Of a DNA stretch of 64,000 nt, positions 1-13,577 are shown in pieces. The translations under genes were made by a program, and so were the position numbers. The notes beneath the pieces are model-generated. The model had not been told where the DNA came from and did not search any database. It worked only from the letters and a program-made list of their open reading frames with translations. This stretch comes from Cyanophora paradoxa CCMP329 (Eukaryota; Plantae; Glaucophyta), in NCBI GenBank assembly GCA_004431415.1, contig QPMI01000183.1:107758-171757 (forward strand), in the 5' to 3' direction. The first letter of the stretch is position 1. Each line of letters begins with the position of its first letter.

Positions 1-1558
1 GCGGATGAAGAAGGCGTATTCATCTCTCCAAAGTTATCCCTGGATGCATTTTTGTCGAAGTACACGAGTGAGGACAACGCGTCGTAAGTTGTTGTTAAGC
101 TGCAATCGTAATCCTTGATGACTTATCGGCCGACAGGTTCCAGATTCTTCTGAAAAAGAGCAACGACAGGAAACGAGCCAAGAATCAGCATATCTACGCT
201 CTAGAAACGAAACAGCTGCCACCCCCTGATGCTCCGTTGCTGTTGGAGGGTGCAAAGAACAAAGCCAGCACGGGATCCGCTTCGGCAGAAAATGGAGCAG
301 AACCATCTTCATCGTCTTCATCATCTGTATCCAAAGAGCTCGCACTGGCCCCAGCTCCAATCAACCCTCAGCCTGGCGATATCCAAATGTGGAACTACAC
401 GGCTCGGAACACACTCTATTACATCCCGGATGGTGTGGGATCTGACGCAGATGTTGTTGGTCCCCCGAAGGAAGTGTTGCACGCCAACACTCGTGTCTCG
501 ACTCTTGCCCTTGGGGAGGCAAAGCCAGCCGCACAGGTTAGCATGTCCTTGTAAATCTTTGATCTTATCATACTGAAGAAATTTGTGACAGGGACCCTCT
601 GGACAGCAACAGGAGATTATCTGGAGACCTTTGGACAGCGGGGGACCACAAAGTCTGGAGCAGTGGCGGCGGATGCGGCAAACTGGACAGAAATATGACC
701 TTGATGGTGCGAACGTGCAACCGTATGCGAATAACTTGCATTGAGGGGTTCTTTCGAAACAGAAATCATGAACGGTCCTGGAGCAAAGAAGCCGTCTGGT
801 GCAACCACCCAGGATGGAGGATCGTACAGCTTCATTGCCACGCCCGATATCCGACCTGGGGTGGATGCCTCGCCTTTGATGACTTGGGGAAACATTGAGT
901 CAACTCCTCTGCTGCTTGATCCTTCTGAAACCCCATTTCACTCGCTGTCTGGTACGGGCCTTCGCCCCTTGGCCTGCCCTTTACCCCTAGGCCTGCCTCC
1001 TAGAAGTGCCATTGATCCAACTCGCAGGACCATCGTTCAAGTTTCCCGAGAAGCTATCACGGGAGGTCGCTGCAGAACAGATGCACGAGGAGGTTTCCAG
1101 AAAAGCGAAGCAGAAGGCCGCTGATGCAAGGGCTCAGCCTACTGCCAGGTTTTCTGCCCAGCCCCTCGTCCATGGCATGATTCTGAATTCCCTGAGACAG
1201 GATGGCCAGTCCTCGGATTGCCTTGTCCCCAGCCGCTCAACGCCTAGCTGCCAAGCATTTGAAAAGCTCAGGAACTCATGGTGTCGACAAGCAGCTCAGG
1301 CAGAGGTTCGTTCCCTGGCGACGTCGAGTGTTGTGAACACGTGTGTCTGACTTGTGTGTGTGACTTTCGTGCAGCTATTCCCCAAGCCCCTCTCGGGCAT
1401 CAATAGCAACCCCAGCAGGCTCCATCCGAGCAACACCCAGGCCACCGGTCCCGCTGTTTGGCGGAAGCAAGACTGGCTCGGGAACGACTCCAACCATACA
1501 ACCGGGGCAAACTAGAAGCCAGACGGCTGACCATCTCGACAATCTTCTCAATTTTTAG
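1..1558 (+). CDS. ESS2: Splicing factor ESS2/DGCR14 (nuclear protein Es2), 5'-truncated, multi-exon
   Basis: Motifs SLDAFLSKYTSEDNASF, YSFIATP, SPLMTWGNIESTPLLLD and C-terminal DHLDNLLNF* (TAG 1556-1558); short GT-AG introns. Confidence 0.88.
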
Positions 1559-1949
1559 ACAGATCATTACACGACTGATGATGTTCGCTAGCTGTTTACA
1601 GCTCGAGCTGCCTATTTTCTGTCCAAAGACATTCGGCTCATGAGAGGTGCACACTTGTTGAATGTAGCTGCAGTTGTACCAGCACTGCGCTCGGTGGAGA
1701 ACGGCTGTGCATGTGGCCTTAAGCTTAGAGTCATCGGGACAGCGACCTGGCCTTAAGCTTGCAGATGTGTGTACGGGCTATAGAATGCGGCATATAGCTA
1801 CAGTTCACTGAGTCATGTGTACGCTGCCAAACAGCGCGACGTCAAACCATCGAACCGCATTGATATCCTTATCTCCCAAGCCTCCGCCCAGGCCTTGAGA
1901 GGCTTGCACGCGCACTGGTGGACTTCCCCGCCCCTGTCGCCCTGGACCT

Positions 1950-2011
1950 TCTTTGCAAATAGGAGAGGCCTAAGTTCAGCATCTTTGCAAATAGGAGAGG
2001 CCTAAGTTCAG
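1950..2011. repeat. Direct tandem duplication of 30 bp (TCTTTGCAAATAGGAGAGGCCTAAGTTCAG), period 32
   Basis: Identical copies at 1950-1979 and 1982-2011. Confidence 0.9.
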
Positions 2012-2033
2012 ACATCACGCTGTATAACAAGCT

Positions 2034-2671
2034 TCATATGTCTAATATTCTATCCTCTGTGCCGAATAGCGCGTAATCCTCGTAGTAAATAATGTCCTTC
2101 GCACAAAATGTCAGGGGATAATCCGCGCCTTCAGCAAGGCGAAGTTCACACCTGGCGGTCTGCAAGACTCGTTGCAAACGAAATGAACTCATCGGCCTCC
2201 TCCGGCCGGAAGCGCTCGCCTAGTGGCGAGGTCAAAAAAGCCAGCACGAAATGTAAAACGCGCCCACCCTTGTTGAGCAAAAGACTCTTGATTTCTTGGA
2301 CAGTCACAAATCCTTTCCGCTCCGGGTCGAATACCTGGAACGCTCGAACGATACGCTCCCGCGAGTCTCGCACGAACTTCGCCGCATCGTCTGTCAAAAC
2401 CCGCATCATCATGCGCTTGAACTTCTCCCACTTGATGAACCCAGTCGGTTCCTCCTCTTCGACCTAGGGCTCGAATTGGTGGAACATTCAATGCCTGCCA
2501 AAAGGCGAGAGCGAGGCGCACCTCATCGATCAGGCTTCGCAGCTCTGCCTCGGACGGATTGACGCCAAGGGAGCGCACGACGGTGCCCACCTCGCGGACG
2601 TCGATGACCCCCTTCTGGTCGCGGTCGAAGAGGTCGAAGGCAACTCGAACCTTCTTCTCAAGTGCCTGCAT
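2034..2671 (-). CDS. EFCAB2: EF-hand protein DRC8/EFCAB2 (dynein regulatory complex), 4 exons
   Basis: [34 protein letters not shown] / [15 protein letters not shown] / [14 protein letters not shown] / [12 protein letters not shown] / IIYYEDY; [10 protein letters not shown] is typical of EFCAB2 rather than calmodulin. Confidence 0.82.
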
Positions 2672-3052
2672 TGACGAGGGGGCTTAGCTACGCGCTTTTT
2701 AGCTTTCGCTGTGTATATATATTTTTACTATACAGCCAAAGTACCTCGGTTGCGGCTGCCGCGGCCATCAGCCACGCGCTTCCAGGCCTTAGCTAAGTCA
2801 AGCTGCGGCGCCGGGATCCAGCCAGTGCCAAGCTACGCCAGTGCCAAGTGCCAGTGCCTAGCTCAGGCCGTGTTCTAGCACCAGGCGCTAGCCAGAGCAA
2901 GCTGCGGTTGTGGCGACCTTGGACGGTCCTATGTGATCAACAGTCTGCTGCTCTAAGCGGCTCTGCTGTTGTTCTGGGATGACTTTACGGCTTCGCCGAA
3001 AGACGAGCAGGGTATGCAAGGTTCAGTTCGGGTACCGCAAATATCGACGAAC

Positions 3053-4199
3053 ATGGTGCGCCCTGCTGCTGTCGCCGCCTGCTGCGCGTCGCTTGCACGT
3101 CTCTACGTGCAGGAATGCCAGCGGATGCCCTTAGAAGCGGTTACCTGCAGTGTCATTCACGCGAGAGTTTTCGCAGGCCGACAAGGAGGAGAAGGAGCCC
3201 AAGAAGCCCGAGGAGAAGGAGGAGGAGGGCGGTGATGATGTGCGCGACCGCCCTGCCCCTTCTTGGGTCCCCTTGGTTGGCCTAATCGGCCATGCTCATT
3301 GTCGGCCGTCATTTGATACAGGGCGATGATCAGCCGGTGGTGCGGAACCGCCTGCTCTTCCCGCTGCCGCGAGCGCCGCGGCTGACGTGCTGCTTCTGAT
3401 GAGCAGAAGGAGGAAGAGTGCGCGGCGCACTTCGAGGTTCGCGCTTATTGCGCCTTGGATGGTATAGTTGGTCGATCGCCGACTCCCGCGCTTGCAGCCT
3501 GTTGTGAAGCTCGGCGAGGTCGATGGTTCGCGTGTCAGACGTAGGCGCGCTCGCCCCAATTGACCCGTCGGTTAGTTAAGACGCACGAGGAGGATGAAGA
3601 GGCTGTGTACAAGATGTGCGCAAGGCGCTGCAGCGCGGCTCTTGTTGGACGCGCAATGACCAGTGTTCGCGCAGTCGCGCCAAGCTGTTCCGGTTCGACA
3701 AGCCGACGAACCAGTGGAAGGAGCGCGGTACAGGCGACGCAAAGCTGCTGAAGCACAAGGAGACCGGGTTCATTCGGCTGCTCATGAGGAGAGAAAAGAC
3801 CCTCAAGATCTGCGCCAACCACCGGAGTGCGTGTTTCTGTTTCGAAGTCTCCTTGTTTGGGAGTGCTCAACTTTCGAATAGTTGAGCCCTGGTACAAGCT
3901 GAAGGAGAACGTCGGGAGCGACCGCTCGTGGGTGTGGACGGCGATGGATTACGCGGATGAGGACCTGAAGGAGGAGGTCCTCGCCATTCGCTTCGCGAAC
4001 TCCGAGAGTCCGTTATAATTGTGTTAAATGCTGGCCTTTTCTGCGGTTGACGCTGTCGAGCAGACGCTAAGAAGTTCAAGGAAGAGTTCGAGAAGGCTCA
4101 GGTTTGCTAGTGATTCCTTGCTCTGCCCAGCCACTGGCTTGACGAGAACGTTCTTCGCAGGTTGAGAATGAGAAGCTCGGGGCGAAAAAGCCGGAATAG
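3053..4199 (+). CDS. RANBP1: Ran-binding protein 1, many micro-exons (first coding exon is just ATG)
   Basis: [87 protein letters not shown]. Confidence 0.95.
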
Positions 4200-4488
4200 T
4201 TATCATCCCAGCGGCAGTTCTCGTACTGTGAATCGTGTCCAATGCACTAGCCACCGTACTGATGAAGGAACAAGAAGGGGGCCCCAGCCGCGGGGGCCGC
4301 AGGGCCGGATGGATTTGCGCTGGCCAGCAGCGTCACAAGATGTGCTGTTAGTTCATCGCAAGTACGCGAACATGTGCACCACTTGTCAGAGAGTAGAATC
4401 GTTAGACTGCTTTGGCATTCGCAAGAACATGATCCACTAGTGCTCACGTCGAAATACAAAATGCTCTGGGTAAGCACTCCTCCCTACA

Positions 4489-6840
4489 CTACTCCTGACG
4501 GCCCATATTCTTCCCGGCCTTGATGACCTCGTCGACTAGCAGAAGCTGGACAGCAATGACAGGGCTGTGAAACGACATTGGTCACGGGTGGAAAGAAAGA
4601 GCGGACACAAGCACACCTGGAGTTGAGCAGTTGCCGCTTCACGCGGTACTGGTCCCAGACGCCAGCGGTCTCCGGATCAGTAGGGTTGCCAGTGCTAAGA
4701 TCTAACCCAACCACGTGATTCTTGTTGAACTCATCCTGCAGCTTGATGATCGTTTCCATGGTATCGTAGCCACTGTTCTCGGCCAAAATCTTGGGCACGA
4801 TGAGCAAGGCATCTGCAAGGCACTGCGCCCCAAGCTTGGCCTTTCCAGAGATCGTGGGAAGCTTGTCCATAATCGCCTTGTGGGCCATGACTTCAAACGC
4901 TCCTGCAGAAAGAGATGAGTCGGAACTGGCAAAGCTTTGCATTGCCTTGTTGTGCACACCGGCGCCAGGGACGACAGAACCATCCTCGATTGTATTCTTC
5001 ACAGCCCGAAGACCATCCCGAATAGCATCCTTGATCTGAGCAATCGAGTGCCTGCTCGGCGCCTTGACCAAAATGGTGCACGAGAAGGGGTTCTTGACAC
5101 CCTCCACGAACGTGTACTTGTCCTGTAGCGGAGGTTAAACACGCGAATCGAGGGGCAGTGAGGAGAGAGTGGGCCGACCTCGCCAAGAACGTGCTCGTAA
5201 ACATTGTCTGCGTGACCAAGAACGTCCGGGGTCATGTCCTCCACAGAGTTCACGGCGATGCCGCCGCATGCCAGGGTGAGCCGCTCCATATTTCTCCGCT
5301 TGGCCCGACGAAGGGCAATGATGCCCTCCTGCAGTCAAAGAATAAGTAACGGGGTGCTGGAAGAGAGCACTTGTGCGAACCTTCGCGAACATGTCCAAAG
5401 AGGGCGGGTCGATGCCCTTTTGGTTGATAACCACGAAATTCTTGTCCGGAGTGTCGCAGACCTGGTATTGGATAAGCTACAAGTAACATGAAAAGGGAAC
5501 AAAGAAGAGGTCGATGAGCAAACCGTCCGCTTGAGTTCGATGACCTTGCGCACGCGCTCATCTGTCAATTTCCGCTCTGCATCCACCATCTTCTCGCGCA
5601 TCTCTGCTGTGTTGTAAAAGAAGCCCGAGTTCACCTCCCTGTGTGCGAGGTAAGCTCCAAGCAGGTCTTTCAAGCGCGTCTCGAAAACTCACGTCTTTTC
5701 GTACTCGAACGACACGTTGCAAGTTAGGATGAAGCAGTTCTCTGCCTTCGTCTTCATGTCCGGGTGACGCGCACCATGATCCATGACAATGCCCTTGACC
5801 AGCTTGGTCTCGGTTTCTGTTCTCGCGTAAGAGAAAACGAGCGAAAAAACCGGTAAAGGCAAAAGTGAAACAAGTACTGACGGCCACTAACCAGTGCGGT
5901 GCATCATGTGCATGATCTCGATCATGAAAAGGTCAATTGGTTGACCCGGCCGGCGGATGGTGAGGACAGCATCGACGACGATGTCCGTGAGCAGGTCGGC
6001 AACCTCGTCGTGCAGCTGCGGTGCGGATCAGGACGTAGAGCCTTGAGGCTGTTGGCAGATTGACCTTGGTGCGCAGAGCGGTCTTCGCAACGTTGTGGAG
6101 AAGCTCCCGGTCGTTTGTATCTTTGGCCCGCTTGCACTTGTCAAGCGCCTCGAGGGCGATCTTGCGAGCTTGCTCGATGCCTGAGTCGCTTCAGCAAGAG
6201 CAGGCAGACCCGCAACTCGGATGCAAGCGTACCGTCCGCAAGCACGCGCGGATGCACGCCTTCAGCTAGGAAGCGCTCGCACTGCTTCAGGAGCTCGCCG
6301 ACAATCAGGACGTTGCTGGTTGTGCCATCACCGGCTATGTCGTCCTGGGCCGTCGCCGCGCGAGCAATAAGCTGAGCCGTCGCGTTCTGGATTTGCTGCG
6401 CGATGGAAGCTCGGCATCAGCGCGCCGCGCGTTTCAGCTGGCACGCGAATGGCCCGAAGCTTCTGCTCAGCCTCACCATCTCGTGGAGGAGAACAGCGCC
6501 GTCCTTCGTGAGCTTGATGTCTCCAGCGCCCGACACGAGCCTACGCGTGCCGCATGTGAGGCTCCGTGCGGGACATCTAGCGACGCGACGCGTTCTACAT
6601 TTTGATGGTGCCCTTGGGGCCGAGATTGCTTTTGAGGACATCCTGCAGTCCCTTGGCGGCGCTGATGTTCATCAGCAGCGCCTGCAGGGAAAAGCTCAGC
6701 GTCGGCGGGAGCGCGGCAGGGCAGGCGTCGATGGCTCGCCTGCGACTGCCGCGCAACCTCCGCGTTAGGGTTGACGACCCGGACCTGCGCATGCCTGTCA
6801 GCGCTCGTCGCTTCGACGCGGCAGCTGGGCGGACCGCCAT
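4489..6840 (-). CDS. CCT6: T-complex protein 1 zeta (CCT6)
   Basis: [93 protein letters not shown]. Confidence 0.97.
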
Positions 6841-7086
6841 CCTGACGGCCTTCCCGCTTTTACAAGAAAACAACGTGTACCCGTGGGCGCATCGTGGCGC
6901 GATCGGCCGCGCAAACCCCCCGGCGCCTCGATCACTGCCCCATACGCGCTCGAGCTAAGCATTTGGAGACGCGGCGCGTGCATTCTGCAATCTCCCTGAC
7001 GGCCGAGTGCGTTTTGCGTGACAGGCGCATCGCGCGCAGCTAACGAGCACTCCTGAACGCCGCAGTTAAACCGGTTAGGCACTCGT

Positions 7087-9963
7087 ATGGGCCGTGGCCG
7101 AGGCGGAGGGCGCGGAGGCCACGGCAGGCGCGGACGCGGGCGTAGCGCTAGCCGTGGAGGTCGCGGTGGCGGGCGAGGAGGCAAGCGAGGAGGCGCGTCC
7201 AAGAGGAGGCGTGAAAGCGAAGAGGGCATACGCAGCCAGCGCGCGCGTCCCGAGCAGCGCGAGAAGCCGGTCGCTGCAGAAGAGAGTGCCTCGGAGCGCG
7301 AGGATATCGTAGATGCGGACGAGGAGGAGGAGGAGGCCGCGCCCTACAGGAACCTCGTTCGGCTTCTGGGAGTAGGCGAGCGGAGGCAAGTGGCCGATGA
7401 AGAAGATGAGGACGATAACGGAGGAAGTGCAGCCGAGTCTGAGAGCAGTGACGAAACTGATGCCAGCGGCGAAGAAGTCGCCGTGGACGGTGATGAATTC
7501 ATAATATACCTGCAAACAATGATCTATTGGACTGCACCCCCTGACTTCGAATACAGAGGAGGGAGCTGCAGAGAGCGACGGTGGGGAGTCCATTGATGGA
7601 GATGAAGAAGAGGAAGAAGACGACAACGACGCTGACGCACAGGATGATTCAGACTCGGAAACGGAACAGGACGGACTGCCAGATTTCTACAAAGCTCATT
7701 GCTCACGCGTTTTGACGGAAGCAGAAGCAAAGGCCCTTAGGACAGAGGTACCGCACAATGTTACAGTTTCAGATTATAGCCAAGTCTCTTTGCCATGCGT
7801 GCAGAAGCGTCCTATGGAAATACTACCCCCACTGCCTGGCGTCAACATGCAACTCACGTCAGATGCAGAGGCGCCTTCCATATCGGAAACCCTGGAGGGC
7901 TTTGGAGTGAGTATTTACCCAGATTTACATGCTCTGCCCGTATTTTATCCCGCCTCAGATCAAAACGCGTGTTGCGGAACGTTGGAAGGCTGTTCACCAC
8001 CCCGGTTCGAGAACATTCCTCTGCTTTGCCGCAAAGTAGCTGACGTATATGCCAATAGCAAATGCTCCGCACGGGCTCCAAGCTGCGTTGCTCGCCAATC
8101 TTAGCAGCTACAAAGATGTATTCTTCGCTGGCCGGGACAGCAGTCATGCGCGTCACACAGTGGACACACTCGCCCTGCATGTGGTCAACCATGTAATGAA
8201 GTAAGCTGTACCTCTTCATCTTATTGCGATAACCTTGCTGAATTCTTCTTGATTCGTTAGGGCAAAAGACATTATCCTGAGACACAATCGCAAGATCAAG
8301 CTCGCACAGGCGAAGAAACAGGAAGCACCGTACTCGCTTTTCCTTTAACATCCCATATGCAAGTAATGTAAATATACTATGCGGCAGAGACTTTCGAGAT
8401 CAAGGCTTTACACGTCCTCGAGTGCTCGTGTTGCTACCATTCAAGAACTCTGCCTATGCGTTTGTCCATGCCATTCTTCGGTTGCTGCCAGAAGGAGAGA
8501 AGCAGGCGGTTGGCCACCGTGCAAGGTTTGAAGACGAGTTTGGCCCCGATGATGCAACCGTTGATGACAAAAAACCAGGTACGATCTTTTTTTGGACATA
8601 ATAGCATCCCTGATTCTGTTGTGCAGCGGACTGGAAGCAGCTCTTTGACGGGAACGTAGACGACTGCTTCAAGATTGGCATTTCGTTCTCACGCAAATCG
8701 GTCAAGTTATTTGCAGACTTCTACAACTGCGACGTGATCATTGCATCACCCTTGGGTCTGAGGCTTGTGACCCTGTCGCCAGGGTTAGTCTTCATTTAGT
8801 GCATTTCTGCTTTGTCCTTCTAATGAAGTGTTCGTGCAGAGAAAAAGGGCGTGATTTCGACTTTCTATCGTCGATTGAGATCCTCCTGTTGGACCAGGCG
8901 GATGTGTTCTTGATGCAGAACTGGGAGCATGTTCAAGTAGTCCTGGACTGCGTGAACAACTTGCCAACACAACCACGAACCACAGACTTTTCCCGGGTGT
9001 TCTCTTGGTGGCTTGACGCAATGTAGGTCAACAATCTTTCACGATGAGAAGCACGGACTGATTACTTTGCAGGGGCTCGTTGTACCGCCAGACTCTCATC
9101 TTCTCATGCCACGTAACACCCGAGCTAAATAGCCTGTTTAACAGATTCGCCCAGAGTGAGCAAGTTCCCCCTTCCATTTGATCAGACACCGCTGATGGGG
9201 CCATTCCGGCAGGTCACAGTGGTCGTGTTCGGTTCAAGCCAGCTTTCAAGGCTGGATCAATTGCTGGCGTTGTTCCCGCCGTACGACAGGTGTTCCACCG
9301 GCTCGAAAGTACAACAGTGGCCACTGCTCCTGATGCACACTTCGATCACTTCACCAAGCTAGTGAGCCACTCGCGCCCCCCCTCATCCCTTGGCCAGATT
9401 CATGTTCTTGTGCAGGTTTTGCCGAAGCTTATGAGAGCAGGGACCTCTGGCATTTGCGTTTTTGTGAGCTCTTATTTCGATTTTGTGCGGCTTCGGAATC
9501 ACATGAAGGAGCATTTTGAGGACGAGTTCGTCACATGCTCGGAGTGCGCCCCTTTTTGCTGTCTTGAGAAGCAACGGTAGATCTGACAATGCGCACAGGT
9601 ACACAAGCAACAAGGCGATTTCTCGTGCAAGAACAGAGTTCTACCATGGAAAAAAGCGGCTTCTTGTCGTGACAGAGCGATTCCACTTTTTCAAGCGGTG
9701 CGCTGAACTGCATGCTTGCCTGTCTGTGCAGAGTCAATTGCCCGCACAGCTATCGCATCCGCGGGATCAAGCAGCTGTTTTTCTACACATTGCCAGTGTA
9801 CGCCAAGTTCTACACAGAATTTGTGAACATGCTGGATGGTGCAGATTACGACGTGACTGCATTTTACTCGAAAGTCGATGTGCTAGCTCTCGAGCGGATC
9901 GTGGGAACACAGAGAGTCCGAGACATGCTTGCCTCCGAGCGTAATATACATGTATTCTCTTGA
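7087..9963 (+). CDS. UTP25: U3 snoRNA-associated protein UTP25/DIEXF
   Basis: [91 protein letters not shown]. Confidence 0.95.
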
Positions 9964-11209
9964 GCTGTTTCAATTTTGTCGGACGGGGGTGCACTTGGAT
10001 TGTCCAATATACATGAGGCCTATAAATGAATTCGCACACACTGAGACAAATGGCTATCATAGTAGGGAGATCGCCCTGCGCAAATGAGCGCGGGCAGGCC
10101 GCGGTCGGCGCTCGGCGCAGGGGGCGGCGCGGGCGTGTGCAGACCTCAGCGCCGGCTTTTCGGCTCGTGATGGAGCGCGCACGGGATCGCGTTGACATGC
10201 GGCGGCGGCGCGAGGGCGACGAACCGCCAGATGCGCCGCGCCGGATCGCCCGCGGTGAGCGAACCGAGCACGATGCAAAGTGAGCCACGGACCTATAACA
10301 GTAGCTGTACATGTGCCGCGATGTGCGGCGTGTAGTCGCCGTGTACTGCGGCGGCGAGCGGGGCCAGATGGAGGCGCCAGATATAGCGGCGGCGCCTGGG
10401 GAGTGCGACGCTCTCGAGCGTTTCGCACACCGGGCGATGTGTGGCTGGAGCTGGTGCCTCGTAACGCTGTCCCCCCCGGTTTTGGGCAGCCCCAAAACCG
10501 GCGCTGGCGCGGCGGCGGCAGCGCGGAGGACCCGAAGCGGTACACAGCGCAATCGTTGCGCTGTACCGCGCATGCATAACGCGACCAGAGCGCTAGCAGC
10601 GCGGACTGCATGACGGAATCGCTGTCCCCCCCCTCCGCAAGCGGGCGCGCGGGACCTTGGCGCGCGGGCGCGCAGCGCGGATCCGCTAGCAAAAAGGACC
10701 TATGCGCGACGATTCCCTAGCACTCGTGTAGCTGTCTTGCCGATCCCGCGCCGCGAATCCCGCGCCCGCAGTGGTCGAAAATCGATGGTAACGGCGCTAG
10801 ACGCCACCACTTGCGAACTGCTCTATGTAAGGGCCTCTTTAATTATGCCAGCTGGCGCGTAGCGCGCTCCCCCCCTCGCCCCGCCATGCCACAACACACA
10901 CTCCCCAACCGAGTTATGCAATTAACTTTCTGGGTAGTATGCGCACCTAGGTCCCTAGCAGCCCTGAGGGGAAGCAGAAGCCAAAAGATAATCTTGTGTA
11001 CGTAAGTGGACGGCTAGACGAACTACAGCTGTAGCTATATATATATAGCTATACCTAGCAAGCTTGAAGATTGAATTGATATTTGCGCTTTGCATATCAT
11101 TAGTATATAATGTGCCACGGTGGCAGCGGCGATATTAGTTTCAAAGTCAGGGCGCCATCAAGCCTGCATAAATGCGATTGCCTTATGATTATATTGGCGT
11201 TCCAGTAGA

Positions 11210-11450
11210 CGATTATCGCAGATCAAAGCTAAGCCTTCCTAATTACTAAGTTACGATGGTAATCGCAGATCAAGGACGCCCTAATTATAATCGTAATCGC
11301 AAAGCTACTAGGCTAAGAGCTCGTCCAACTTTAGAGCTAGACGACTTTCGTCCAACTTTCAAGTTTCGTCCAACCCCTGATTGTAATCGCAGATTAAAGC
11401 TAGGACGTCCTAATTACGATCGTAATCGCAGATCTAGATCAAGGACGAAC
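11210..11450. repeat. Mosaic of short repeats (TAATCGCAGATC / CCTAATTA / TCGTCCAAC)
   Basis: About 5 variant copies of GTAATCGCAGAT, 3 of CCTAATTA and 3 of TCGTCCAAC in 240 bp. Confidence 0.75.
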
Positions 11451-11601
11451 CGGAAACACGTGCATCAAGTAGCAAAATTTGCAGCAGCGGATCCGCGCAG
11501 ACCTGGAGAACGATACCAGCATGTGCCAAATGGCTGTTTTCAGTCTGACTAATGCTAATGGCTATTTTCACAGTCTGACTAATGAAGCTATCAGCAAACA
11601 T

Positions 11602-13448
11602 CTAGAAGTTGGAGTCTGAGTCATTGCCGTCATCATCTATCATTTCCTCCTCCTCGGAGTTGACGCTGACCTGCTCCTCAGATTCCAGCTCACTGCCCAT
11701 GCCCTCACTATCATCTGAGTCGTTCCCACCCTGCAAGGAGCCCACGACTCCAGGCTTGCCTGCCGACAAGTGTAAGGTGCTTGAGAAAGAAAGTCGAGCA
11801 GGTTGATTGACCTCCTTTGCCATGGTGCTTGCCATTGCCTGCATGCCGCGCTTGCTGCTGAGGTGCCCTGTTTGAGCCAGCATTGCTGCTTTGCTGACTC
11901 CGGCTTCCTCCAGAATCCTGCATGCCAGCACCTGGACGTGCCTTGCCCCCCTCCCCGGGATCGCCAAGGCTACCACCTGATCGGCCTCCGAGCGTATCTC
12001 CCACTGAACCAATTTCAGTAAGGACGTCACGAGCGCATGGACAAACTAGGATGCACGCACATCCGTCCTCAATCATGTTCTCGTCCACTTCTTGCTCGCC
12101 TCTAAGAATTCGCAGCTCCTCCTCCTTCAGCCGCTTCTGCAAGCGCTTCATCCTCTTGTCTGATTCCTGTGTCACGCCTGTGTCAGAAACCCAGTATAAA
12201 TCAGCAGAAAAAAAAATGAACCTCCAGCTTCTCCTGCTCCGAGCGCTCGTATGTTTCAAGTTCGTGCTCCAAGTAATCGACGTTTCGGAACTTCTCCAAG
12301 TATACAGCGTAAACCTTTTGCAGATCTTGCTCAAGCTTCTCATACTCGTCCATGAACTGGGGTCTGCATCCAACATCCGTCATGCAGACCTGGCATAAGA
12401 AAGCAAAAACCCGCTTACCGGACACTAGCGAGACTATTCAGGCGCTTCTGGTTGCGCTCGACCTCCGATTGCTTCTTGTCAATCTTCTTCCTCAGACTTT
12501 CCATGTCAGCTTCGAGGTCCCGCTTCTTCGCCTCCAGATCCTGAATGCTCTCGTTGACGGAAGCGATCGTGTCCTTGACGCCCTTTTCAATCTCTTCAAG
12601 CTCCATAGGGCGCCCAATGGCCCTCTGCCGTGCTTCCTGTGTGAATGGATGAGTAAACGCTCCTGAAGGATCCCTCTTCCATACAAACCCGAAGGTCTTG
12701 CTCGTTCTGCAGGAGGCGGTAGAGCTCCGCACCAGCTGCTGTAATGTCGGAAGCAAGCACCCGCACGGCCTTGACCTCGTTAATCTTCGCGCTTATGGCA
12801 CTGAAGTTGAAGGCTGTGGAGGTGTCGTCCTAGAGGACGGTCAGCTTGTGCAGTAGAGCTCGAGTCAGATAACGCACGTCATCGTCAGGATTAATGCGCA
12901 TGGCCGCTTGTAGCATGTTCGCGACCTTCAAGAGCTCCTTCACGGCGTAGCCGTCCGCGCCGTACAGCTTCTTGGGATTAAGCTTTAGCCGCGCCTTGGA
13001 GGCCTGCTCGAGGGTGAGCCATCTGTTTGATGCGCAAACGCACAAGCACCCAACGCCCACCAGAGCCTGAGTGATGTTCTTCACGAAAGCCACGCGTTCC
13101 TGTTCTGTTGTGATTTCGTCGGAGATGGACTTGGCGAGGTCCGGATCATAGCTGCGCCATGGGATCAGCAGATAGCTAGCGGGAAATCCACCGCGAGGGG
13201 CCACACCGCTCCAGCAGCCTGGACAAGGGCAGGTCACATCAGCGACGCACACCGGCGCACAGGCGGCGCAGCGCACCAGTACAGGCAGTCCGCAACGAGC
13301 TCAAAGTTCGGCGTCCTGAAATTCTCCATGGACACGAGCCTGGGATAGCCCAGGCTTCGAAGCGCCTCACACAGGTCTGCGGGCGAGTGAGAAGCTGTAA
13401 AGGACGCGCAGGATGGCTACGCGTACTCCGTAGCTCCCGGAACGACAT
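11602..13448 (-). CDS. CLUAP1: Clusterin-associated protein 1 / IFT38 (FAP22)
   Basis: [87 protein letters not shown], acidic tail ending DSNF*. Confidence 0.96.
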
Positions 13449-13577
13449 CCTGCCGCTCCCCGTACGCTGCTGCGGGCCGCCTTGTTAAATTGGCCAGCGG
13501 GGTACACGCTGAACGCCGCTTTGCGCGGGAGTTGGGCGCTGCGAGCTGCAGGCCGCCAAGCGCTGCCAGCGGGCAGC

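Noticed and set aside
2034-2671. Calmodulin or centrin
   Set aside because: Degenerate EF loops and the [10 protein letters not shown] motif fit DRC8/EFCAB2
10476-10510. Helitron 3' hairpin
   Set aside because: Spacing to CTRR and the A|T insertion context are not convincing; no 5' TC end identified
11210-11450. CRISPR-like array
   Set aside because: Eukaryotic context, irregular spacing, repeated rather than unique spacers, no cas genes
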